A stretch of DNA of 20,137 bases from Fonticula alba ATCC 38817 (lineage: Eukaryota; Protista; Nucleariida). The translations under genes were made by a program, and so were the position numbers. Location of the stretch: assembly GCA_000388065.2 (NCBI GenBank), contig KB932203.1. One strand, 5' to 3'. Under the pieces are notes generated by a model. It was not told the DNA's origin, did no database searches, and saw nothing but the letters and a program-made list of their open reading frames with translations. This document shows, piece by piece, positions 1 through 9,792 of the stretch; position 1 is the first letter of the stretch; the number at the start of each line of letters is the position of its first letter.

Positions 1-1115
1 GCACACACATACACACGCTCCCTCGGGCACGGACGCTCGCACCGGCACCCGCACTGTCGCCTCTCGCTGTTGCCCCCGCTGCCGGCCAGAACTGGACAGA
101 ACCGGCAAGGGCGCCCCTGCCCCCGGACGGGGAGTCCTCGAGGGGGGGGGGGGGGGCCGAGGGCACACCCAGCCACCAGGTGCGGAGGTTAAGGCAACTG
201 CCGGCGCTCCCCCTTTTCCCCTTGAGTCTGGGCCCGTGCGGGGCCCCCCCCCCCCGCGGGGGGGGAGCGCGGGGGGGGGGGGGGGGGCCCCGGGGCCCCC
301 CCCCCCCCCCGGGCGGGGGTTTAGGCAACCCCCCGGCCCCCCCCCTTTTCCCCCTGGTGGGGGGCCCCGGGGGGGCCCCCCCCCCCCCCCCCCCCCCGGA
401 AAATGGGGGCTCCAGTGCCGCTCCCCGGGAACTTACCTCGCGCGGCAACCCGCCCCCCCCCCGCAGACACCATACACATCAGCGTGCCCAGCAAGTGCGT
501 CACTGCCCCCTCCCACACCGCTCTCTGCTAAGGGGGGGGCTGCAAATGCAGCCCCGCATGTTAAGAGGCCCAAGTGACCTGGGCGATCGACGTCCAAGAG
601 GGGGGCGGGGTGCCCCGGTCGGTTGTGGTCTCCGCGCGGGCAGATCGTTGTGAGGTACCGGGCGCGCGTGCCTGTTGGCACACGCACACACGCACCCCGC
701 CTCGAGGTCTGGCGGCGACCAAGGGGGACTCACCCACCCCCTCCGCCTGGCCCCGACAGGTGTGTTTGTGTGGCCACACATTAGGCAGGTGGGCACGCCC
801 GCTATCTGTTATTATTATTGCGGCGGATACTCGGAAGAAGTCTTGCGGCGCGCGTACACGCTCGTGTGCCACACCCCCTCCCCCGGCCCAAGATCTTCAA
901 TGACTGGCCGGGAGACGGAGGCCGAGAGAAGCTCGGCCGCTCCCCGGTTGGGGCATGGGGAAGAGATCGTGCCCGGCGGCATGAAGCACCCACCTTCCCG
1001 GCGAACGGGCCCGAGGGCGCGGGACACGAGGACAAACTCCCATCGCCCATCTCTGGCCGGCGCGGGCGGCCGAGTCCCTCCGGGAGCGAGGGGCGGGCCG
1101 GGGGTGGAGCCGGGT

Positions 1116-1486
1116 NNNNNNNNNNNNNNNNNNNNNNNNNNNNNNNNNNNNNNNNNNNNNNNNNNNNNNNNNNNNNNNNNNNNNNNNNNNNNNNNNNNNN
1201 NNNNNNNNNNNNNNNNNNNNNNNNNNNNNNNNNNNNNNNNNNNNNNNNNNNNNNNNNNNNNNNNNNNNNNNNNNNNNNNNNNNNNNNNNNNNNNNNNNNN
1301 NNNNNNNNNNNNNNNNNNNNNNNNNNNNNNNNNNNNNNNNNNNNNNNNNNNNNNNNNNNNNNNNNNNNNNNNNNNNNNNNNNNNNNNNNNNNNNNNNNNN
1401 NNNNNNNNNNNNNNNNNNNNNNNNNNNNNNNNNNNNNNNNNNNNNNNNNNNNNNNNNNNNNNNNNNNNNNNNNNNNNNNNNNNNNC
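1116..1486. other. Assembly gap (N run) upstream of GMPPB
   Basis: N run followed by poly-C. Confidence 0.99.
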
Positions 1487-1524
1487 CCCCCCCCTCCCGC
1501 AATGCTTAACACCATAGGGTCAAC

Positions 1525-3079
1525 ATGAAGGCTCTCATCCTCGTCGGTGGTGCGTCGGCTTTCGGCCCCCTGCTTCCGCATTGACCACCAGTCCCCTCTG
1601 CCACCTGCTAACCATTGGCCCTTTCCCCCTCCCGGTGCCCAGGTTTTGGCACTCGCCTCCGCCCCCTTACCCTGACGCTGCCGAAGCCGCTTGTGCCTTT
1701 CTCCAACCGGCCGATGATTGAGATCCAGATCGATGCGCTGGCCAAGGTTCGCCCATCTCGCCTGCCTGTCCCCCCTCTCGATAGTATTACGAAGCACATT
1801 CACCCACTGACACCCGTACCACCTGGGACACCGCCGCACACGCCGTACACAAACCACACACGCATACACACAGGCGGGTGTCACCGATGTCATCCTCGCA
1901 GTCAACTACCGCCCGGACATCATGATGGCTGAGCTGGAGAAGTTCGAGAAGAAGGTACGCGATCCTTCCCCTCTCACACACACACACCCACTCCCCCTCC
2001 ACTCCATGGCATCTGAACTTACCCCGATCACACATCCGCACACACACACACACACACAAACGGGGGGAAAACAACAGTACAACATCAAGATCCACTTCAG
2101 CGTCGAGCAGGAGCCCCTCGGTACCGGTGCGTAGATCTCACCCATATGCCCCACGCGTCGGCATCTCGACACTACATGCACACATACACACACACACACA
2201 CACACATATGCACACACACTGACCCGGGAGACCTCTCTGGCAAACCATGCAGCCGGCCCTCTTGCCCTCGCGCGCGACCTCCTTCTGAAGGACCCGTCCC
2301 CCTTCTTCGTCCTGAATTCCGACATCATTTGCCCCTTCCCCCTGTCGCAGATGGCCGAGTTCCATCGCCAGCACGGCCGCGCCGGGACGATCGCCGTCAC
2401 CCGAGTCGAGGACCCGTCCAAGTATGGTGTGGTGGTGGCGCACCCGCACGAGCCGACCCTGGTGGAGCGCTTCGTGGAGAAGCCCTCCGACTTCGTGAGC
2501 AACCGCATCAATGCCGGCATTTACATCCTGGATATCTCGGTGCTGGACCGGATCGAGCTCCGGCCCACCAGCATTGAGAAGGAGATTTTCCCCTCCATGG
2601 CCAGCGACAACCAGCTCTGCTGCATGGACCTCGAGGGCTACTGGATGGATGTCGGCCAGCCGGCGGACTACCTGAGTGGCATCGGCCTGCACCTGGCGCA
2701 TATGCGTGACACGGAGCCGGCCAGCCTGGCAACCGGCCCGCACATTGTCGGCAATGTGCTCATCCACCCGACGGCCACCGTGGCCCCGGATTGCCTGCTC
2801 GGGCCGAATGTCACCGTCGGGCCGAATGCCCGTATCGAGTCCGGGGCGCGCATTCGCGACTCGGCCCTCCTGGACCATGCCCATGTGCAGGCCCATGCCC
2901 GTGTGGCCAAGTCGATTGTTGGCTGGCAGAGCCGTGTCGGTCGCTGGGCTCGTCTGGACCAGGTGACCGTCCTGGGCCTGGATGTCCAGGTGTCCGAGGA
3001 GGTCTTCGTCAACGGAGCCCGGGTCCTGCCGCACAAGACCATTTCCGACAACGTGTATGAGCCGTCGATCATCATGTAA
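1525..3079 (+). CDS. GMPPB: Mannose-1-phosphate guanylyltransferase (GDP-mannose pyrophosphorylase, PSA1/MPG1/GMPPB type); join(1525..1549,1643..1746,1874..1954,2078..2126,2253..3079), 361 aa
   Basis: The hand-spliced product reads [33 protein letters not shown]...VILAVNY...EQEPLGTAGPL...[10 protein letters not shown]...SKYGVVV...FVEKP...INAGIY...YWMDVGQP, followed by left-handed beta-helix repeats ending PSIIM*. All four introns are GT..AG. Exon lengths sum to 1086 nt (361 aa plus stop), the usual length for this family. Intron 1 has a GCTAAC branch site at 1607-1612. Confidence 0.96.
1975..2217 (+). repeat. (CA)n microsatellites inside GMPPB introns 3 and 4
   Basis: CA runs at about 1975-1988, 2039-2058 and 2177-2217. 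Confidence 0.85.
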
Positions 3080-4513
3080 GTGGGGAAATGTGAGCGTGTC
3101 GACAGGGCCGCAGGCCGTGTTGTGTATGTCCGTGTGTGTGCGTGTGTTGAGGCGGGGGAAAAGGGAGTCCTTTCCAGGAAATGTGGGGTATGTGCGTGCG
3201 TGTGTGTGTGCGTGCGGACCAGCGTGGTCGACAATGTCCCTCGGCTGTGTCTGTGTGCACCGGCCCTCCTCCCCATCTCCTCCCCCCCTCTCCCCGCCTG
3301 TCACTGCACCTCCCCTCCCCCCTCCCCCAATCGATGGAGTGACCTTCTCGGCGACGCGTGCGGGCGCGTGGCGCGTGCGCGGAGGCACCATCCTATGTGT
3401 CACCCCTCCGCCCCCATCTACCACCCCTCCCTCCTCCCCTCTCTTTTCAGATACCGACAGGCTCCTACGGCGGCGATGTGTGCCGCATCCTCGATCCTTG
3501 TCCTCCCCCGGGCGGGAGAACAGCCCCCAGGCGCGCGATGCCTGGTGTCCCCTCCCCCTCCCCTTTTCCCCTTCCCCCCCCCGGGTGTGGCGGACATGTG
3601 TGTGCATTCGCGTTTTTGTGGAGTCGCACAACATGAGTATGGCCGCGCGCGCGCGCACGTACGCGTATATGATGTCTTACGTGCAGCGTAGCCACTACTT
3701 CCTGTTGACCCCCCCCCCACCAAGGCCGGAATTCGTGCGCGGCGTCTCCCCCCCCCCCCTCTCCCCCCATGTTCCCTTTTGCTACCTCACTGGATCTGGC
3801 AATAGCACCATATGGTGTCTAGATTTCCCCCCCCCCCCCCTCCCCCCTCCTCCTTCTCCGCTATCTCCCTCCACACCTCCCCCTTACCGCGTGCGCGTTG
3901 CGTCCTCCTCTTTTGATTTGCCCCCTGCCGGCGGCGAGTTCTCAGATAAAATACCAGAAAATACATCACTCGAAAAAAGCAGACAAAACGCACCCGTGCG
4001 TATGTGTGCGTATGTGTGTGGGAGAGGGAGAGTGTTACACAGCGACCAGGCGGGTGTGGGTGTGACTGCTTTGCCGAGTGGCATGGCCTCCCCCTGCGAT
4101 TCTCCTCTCGGGGCAATTTGCCTGAAACACAGCTCTGAGGTACGGGGGGGGGGGGGGGCATCTCCCTCGGGACCGTTCCTCCCTTCGCCCTTTGTACAAC
4201 TGGAGAGCGGCTGGCGGGAGCCCGGACGGCAGGCCCTTCGGTGATCGGCTGGACCCAGGGGGGCGATCTGGAGAACATTGGGATCTGGCCCTCGTGCGTA
4301 GGCCTCCGCCCCCTCGTCGCACGAAGTCCCCGTGGATGCAGCTAGTGCATGGGATCGGCTATCGGCTGAGGGTGTCTGGTCCATTAGCCGAATGGCTGCC
4401 GGTGGTGGCGAGGATCAGCCCCGCGAGCGAAGGCCGGACCAAGGGAATGTGTGTGCCTTGGGTATGCCGCGCGCCCTCTGTTCAGAAGGGCCTATGTCGG
4501 CATCGCAGGGGGG

Positions 4514-4563
4514 NNNNNNNNNNNNNNNNNNNNNNNNNNNNNNNNNNNNNNNNNNNNNNNNNN
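4514..4563. other. Assembly gap (50 N)
   Basis: N run flanked by short G runs. Confidence 0.99.
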
Positions 4564-6662
4564 GGGGGGCCTCCTCTTCCGGCTGACCTTGCCCAGGGCT
4601 CGGAAACAACGAGGCTGCGGGCCGCGGGGTTCACGGCGACAAGGATCCAGCTCCCTGTGTCGCCGCGGCCCGGGGCCGGCGGTGGCCCCCGAGGCACCTC
4701 CGCAGAGACATCGAAAATTGGGCACAGGCGTAGCCACTGTAGAAGCCCCACGCTGCTGGTGCGCCAGAGGGAGCGCCCAGGCGTCGACCACCCCACGGGC
4801 CGGGTCGAAGATCATGCGATGAATCATTCTCACCAGTGTCATGGGGTGTATTTGAACAATCATGTGTCTTTTGCGGCCCGAAGAGACTTGCTGCCGACGC
4901 TTCGCGCGGACCGGCTGGCACTAAGGCCTGCTGTGCGAGCAAAATCGGGACTTTAAATGGATGTATGTTCTCCATGAGACCCCGGGGTGCGGAAACGAGG
5001 ATGGGTCTCCAGACCTGCATGCGGTTGGCCCTCATTGCGCGGCCCATCATCTCAAAAAAGAAAAAATACCCCCACACACAGCCGAAGTGGGTCTGGAGAG
5101 TGGGCCCGAGGATTGCCAGGGAGAGAAGTCCCCCAGTCAGGAGGGTCTGTCCATGGTGACTGATGCATGTGTGCGTGTGCGTGCACGCGCACACAAGTGT
5201 GCCCTCTCTCCTCCGGCCCGGTGTGTCTGTTGGTACTCATTGGCGCGGAGCACCCTCGCTTCCGGCCCGCTAGGGTGGGACATCGATTGATTTGGTTCCA
5301 GGGCTCGGCCGGTGGTGTACAGAGCGTAGACACGGCAGGGCTGCTGCGACGCGGGGGGGGGGCGAGGAGGGGCAACTGCGGCGTGGCGGCCCCGGACAGG
5401 GGGCGGATTGATGGTTGGGGGGGGGGCGAGAGGGGGCCAGAGCGCAACAAACAGGGACTCACGCCTCGCCCAAGTCCGGGGGGCTGCTGCTGGTGGCGGC
5501 CTCCCGAACAAGGGCCCTCTGTTGTGTGGGCTTCGTTGCGAGTCAGGGCTGCTGGTTGCTTCTCCCTCTTCCCCCCCCCCGACCCCCGCGACCCCCCACG
5601 GCTGCGCGCGCCCCGCTGTCCGCCGACCACTGGGTCTCCACAGCAGCCGAGCGGGGTGGGGTGGGGGGTGGGGGGTGTGTGGGGCGGGGGGCGGGGGGGG
5701 GGCGGGGGGAGGGGGGGGACAGACGCGGGCCGGGGGGAGTGGGCGCGGGGCGCCTCTGCCCACACTGGGTCCCTCTGGTGGTGTCCTCTCCCCCCTCTTT
5801 TTTTTCCCCCCCCCCCCCCCTGCCACGGGCGGCCGGCAGGGACGAGCCCGGAAATGGACGTTTTTCTGGTCCTGCCCTATGGCCATTTCCACGATTGGAG
5901 ACCTCTTGGCTCAAGTAATGTATTTTGTTGTTAACATACACACTTCTGAGTCTCGGTACCTCTCCCTCTCCTCCTCCTCCTCCTCCTCCCCCCCCTTCTT
6001 CCTGTCGCATTCTTGCCCCCTCCTCCCGCCGCCCTGCCTGCCCTGCCGCCGCCCATCGTCACGCCCGTGCACCCCGCCGTGGGGGGATCGCGCGCGCGCC
6101 CCCCTTCCGACCCGTCTCTCGTTGTCCCTTGCTGCCAGGGGGGAAACGCTGCCCTTTTGGTGCCGTGCTCGGCGCCATGCACACGCACATGCTTGGGTGT
6201 GTCTGCGCATACGCCCGTGCACACCCACTTCTGCCCGCCCTCCTGCTGGATCGAGAGGCCGCGCGCCGGCTGTCGCCCGGCGTCGTGTGGGTGTGTGCGC
6301 GTGTGCGCGCGCACGCGTTCATGGATTAGTGCATATCCCCCCCCCGCCAAGGGGGTAAGTATCGCCAAAAATCGGATTCACCCGCGGAAAAGTGCATCCG
6401 ATGGCGGGACGTGGCGTTTCCCCCCCTGCGCATGCGAGAGGCGGGGGCCATCTTGGCGGAGGGAGGGGGGCCCGCAGACATCGCGTCTGGCCCTTCTCCA
6501 TATGAGGGCCCGCGGCCTGGGCCCATTGCGTCGGCTTTTCCTCCTCCTCCCTTTGTGCTTCTCCCTCCCCCCTCTCAAGCATTTTCACCCACTCACCCCC
6601 CCTCCCGGCACTCCCGTCTCCTCCTTCTCCTCCTCCTCCTCCTCCTCCTCCCCCCAGTCACG

Positions 6663-7303
6663 ATGCACATCTCTAAGGACCACCGCAAGACCATTCTGTC
6701 CACCCTCTTCAGCGGTACGCATATGCGGTTGCTTTCTCCCTTGTGACATTGTCTCTGCCCTTCGTGCGCACGCGCGCGCCTCCTCCGGCCAGGGGAATCT
6801 ATCGCCCTCGGCAGGCCATCTGACCCCCTTCGTCGTTCCCCCCCCCTGTCGCGCGCGCTGTCCCTCCCTTCCCCCTCCCCCTTTCCGCTGCCTCTCCTCC
6901 CACAGAGGGTGTCATTGTCGCCCACAAGAACACCAACGCCGAGAAGCACAAGTACATCGCCGATGTCAGCAACCTCGCCGTCATCAAGGTCTGCCAGTCC
7001 CTCACTTCTCAGGGCCATGTCACCCACCAGTACAACTGGAACTTCCACTACTACGTCCTGACCGACCAGGGCATCGAGTACCTGCGCGGTGTTCTCGGTC
7101 TCCCCGAGAAGGTCATCCCTGAGACCCTCAAGGTCAAGGCCGTCCCCACCCCGATCGCTCCCCAGAACGACCGCCGTGGCCCCGCTCGCCGTGGTCCCGG
7201 TGGCGCCGAGGGTGGCTTCCGCAGCAGCCGCTTCGCCGGTCCCGAGCGCTCCAGCTTCCGCTCTGCTCCCCGTGCCCCCGCTGCCGCTCCCCAGCAGGCT
7301 TAA
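6663..7303 (+). CDS. RPS10: 40S ribosomal protein S10 (eS10); join(6663..6714,6906..7303), 149 aa
   Basis: The spliced product is MHISKDHRKTILSTLFSEGVIVAHKN...VSNLAVIKVCQSLTSQGHVTHQYNWNFHYYVLTDQGIEYLRGVLGLPEKVIPETLK plus an R/G/P-rich tail. This matches the S10_plectin pattern (LF.EGV.VA.K...NL.VIK..QSL.S.G.V...W..YY.LT..GIEYLR..L.LP...P.TL). The intron is GTACGC..CACAG. Codons are strongly C/T-ending, as in a highly expressed gene. The ORF track missed this gene. Confidence 0.95.
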
Positions 7304-8434
7304 ATCGGTTTCTCCTCGCTCCTTTTTTTCCCGATAGAGGCGAGAGGGACTGATTTCTGTGAGTGCGCGCGCGCGCGTGCGGTGCAGCATGTGTGAGCAG
7401 GGGGTGATTGGGTGTGCGCGTGCATGCGTGTCCTTTTAGTGTGCGCGTGTGCGCACGCGCGCGTGCCCTTCTCTCAATGGAAGAGAGCGGAGGGGGGGAT
7501 CGCGCTTGTCGTTGTTGTTGTTTCCCCTACGGCGACGGCGGCGCGGCGGATGTGTCCGGGGCGGCGGCTCCGGTTGGTTCCCTCCTCCCCCTCCTCGCTG
7601 CGCGCGCGTATTTTGCGCTCTCTCGGCCTCACCCGCCGGGGGTGTTCCTCCTTCTCCCCCTCTCACGTCAGGCGTGTGATGGTGGTGGGGGGAGGGCGCG
7701 CGGCTCCTCGGGGGCATCCCCCTTTCCCTTGTCGTGTCATGCACAATGTGACTCTCTTCTCCCCTCTTTCCTCTCTTCTCCCCCCTTCCCTCTCCCGCAC
7801 ACAACAAACCATTCTCTCCAAATCATGTCCTCCTCTCCCCCTTGTGGTTCCCCTTTCTTCCCCCGCGCCGCGCGTGTGCCCTCCGTCCTCCATGTTCTTT
7901 TTTCTGCGCCCACATATCATATGCACGCACAGGGGGCGGGGGGGGGTGGGGGGTGGGGCAGCATTGTTGAGCACCGCCGTTTCCCTGTGTGAGCTGCTCC
8001 TCGGTTGCCAGCAGGGGCAGGAGAAGAGCCCGGCCTGCTTTTCTGCCTTCAGACAGAGGGGGCTCCTTCGGCCCGGGGTGCCGCAGTTGTCCGAGGGTGT
8101 CTCTCTGGACCCGGCCGACACACATGAGCTGGGGTGGTGCGGGAGGCGTCACCTCGCTCGGCGCCCCCGCGCCCCGCCGCGATCAGCCCTGACCAACGGG
8201 CGCCGAGCTGTCGAGGAACGCACCCAAGAGCCACGGCGCCTGGCCACCACGAGCGCCGGGTTGGGTCCCGGCCGCTGGCGAGCTCACCATCCTGGGTGCC
8301 CTTGAAAGAGGCCCTCGTATGGGGGGGGGGGAGAACGGGCGGGCGGCGCACGTAGGCATCGCGCACATGGAAGGGTGCCGTCATCACGGCGGGGCACAAT
8401 TGCCCGCAGAGGCGCGGAGCTCTTCTTCTCGTTC

Positions 8435-8436
8435 GT

Positions 8437-8479
<43 letters not shown>

Positions 8480-8486
8480 TGTGTGT
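8435..8486 (+). repeat. (TG)n microsatellite
   Basis: An uninterrupted TG run at about 8442-8475 with degenerate flanks. Confidence 0.9.
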
Positions 8487-9487
8487 TTTGGGTGCCTACT
8501 CCCCTCTATTTGGCTGCCACCGGCATCCGAGGGAAAAGGAGCGAGAGGCGGCCCATGTTTCGGACGTTGGCAGTGAGGGGGTGTCGGTGTTTGGGGAGCT
8601 ACTGCCCTGCCTGGCTGTGTGGCGGGGAGAGCGGAGCCCCGGCCGGGCCTTGAGCCGTTAGCCCAAACCCGGAGACAGGCGATCCGGCGCGGCCAACGGT
8701 AGCTCCTCGTCCGGTAGCAGGGCGAGAGACGCCTGGGGCGAAGTAGCGATAGTGCCATCGGATGTGGCAACTGCCGGTGCTTAACCCAAGCATATTTCCG
8801 ACATTCTGTCAATGCGCCCGCCCTCGTTCGTGGCTATCGCGCCTTGGAGGAGGTGGCGAATGGAGGCAGACCTGGGGGGCTTGATAGCCCGCGCCGCGTC
8901 GCCGAGTTCCCTTCCGGCCGGTGTGGCGGCGTTGCTTCGAAAAAAAAAAAGAAAAAAAAAGGAAACTCGCGCCCAGCGGCCTCAGGGCAGCAGGATCCTC
9001 CCCGCCCCCCCCACCAGCCGGGGCACCACCTCTCGGTGTCTTGTCCCCGCCCTGGCACAGCGCCCCGCTTGGACGACAGCGAGCGGTACCCCGCCCGGGA
9101 GAAGACCTCCTGTGTCTCAGGCAGGAGGCCGGTACAGGGGGCTCTGTGCTTGGCGCGCGCCTCAGGCTCCTCCAGGGGCTGCGCCCCCGGCGTGTGACCT
9201 CTCGCGAGGTTTCCACAGGGGATGGCCACTTTTTGGGGGAGGCAGCACCTGTCTCTGGGCGGGACCGGGCGCGATGGCTTCCAAATGCTGGGATTCCGGT
9301 CTGTCCGTCTCGACCATCTCATGCCACAGGGGACCGCGGTCGAGCGGTCCCCTCCCGGGCGCGCCTCCCCCTCCGGGAGATATGGTCCTCTCTCGGCTGA
9401 GGCCCACACTCTAGACGCGTCGGGTTCGCGTCCCCCCCTCTGGGGGAAGAGAGCATCCGACGCCGTTGCCCTGGAAGGAGGCCGGGC

Positions 9488-9492
9488 AAAAA
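9488..9492 (-). terminator. RNA Pol III terminator (T5) of tRNA-Val
   Basis: AAAAA on the + strand is TTTTT on the - strand, just 3' of the tRNA-Val gene. Confidence 0.8.
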
Positions 9493-9499
9493 TGAAGAC

Positions 9500-9573
9500 T
9501 GTCCGAACCAGGACTCGAACCTGGGACATTCTGTGTGTTAGACAGATATGATAACCATCTACATCATTCGGAC
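9500..9573 (-). tRNA. tRNA-Val(AAC)
   Basis: The reverse complement GTCCGAA TG ATG TAGATGGTTAT CAT A TCTGT CT-AAC-AC ACAGA ATGTC CCAGG TTCGAGT CCTGG TTCGGAC A folds into a full cloverleaf with a 7-bp acceptor stem, perfect anticodon and T stems, and discriminator A. A T5 run lies 7 nt downstream. Confidence 0.95.
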
Positions 9574-9780
9574 ACAAGGGGGAGAAAGAGAAATGGGTAG
9601 AAATAACATTTTTCGTCCTTTTCAGCGGCCCGACGCTCCTGGTCGAAAACGAGGGATGCTTCTCTCCCGGTCAGGCGCCCGAAGGACGGGGGGGGGGCAG
9701 GCGGGAGGGCCAGGTCGCACACCAATGTGAAGACGCGCACAACAGGACAGATCCTCGGACAACCGGGGAGTGGCGCGAGT

Positions 9781-9786
9781 AAAAAA
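9781..9786 (-). terminator. RNA Pol III terminator (T6) of tRNA-Ile
   Basis: AAAAAA on the + strand is TTTTTT on the - strand, 6 nt 3' of the tRNA-Ile gene. Confidence 0.8.
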
Positions 9787-9792
9787 GCAATG

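Noticed and set aside
431-438. ACTTACCT resembling the U1 snRNA 5' end
   Set aside because: No U1 stem-loops or Sm site follow. It is either a - strand AG|GTAAGT donor-like site or chance.
180-1517. Long Pro/Gly-rich ORFs on both strands
   Set aside because: They arise from G/C homopolymers, a degraded duplicate and an N gap. They show no recognisable domain and no codon bias.
2138-3658. 506-aa ORF on the - strand
   Set aside because: It is the antisense shadow of the GMPPB last exon, a common effect of GC3-rich coding.
6655-6661. CAGTCAC resembling the fission yeast Homol D box of ribosomal protein promoters
   Set aside because: It sits next to the ATG rather than upstream of a transcription start, and is better explained as an acceptor or Kozak context.
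6593-7390. 265-aa ORF on the - strand
   Set aside because: It is the antisense shadow of RPS10.
8650-8810. Cluster of small hairpins (CCGGA/TCCGG, TGCCA/TGGCA, TGCTT-AACCC-AAGCA) suggesting RNase P, telomerase or SRP RNA
   Set aside because: The stems are only about 5 bp in GC-rich DNA. I found no RNase P CR-I/CR-V pair, no SRP helix 8 motif and no full CCCTAA template. An Rfam scan would be needed to revive it.
9263-9295. GACCGGGCGCGATGGCT resembling the 7SL/Alu 5' end
   Set aside because: The similarity ends after about 15 nt and no SRP S-domain motif follows.
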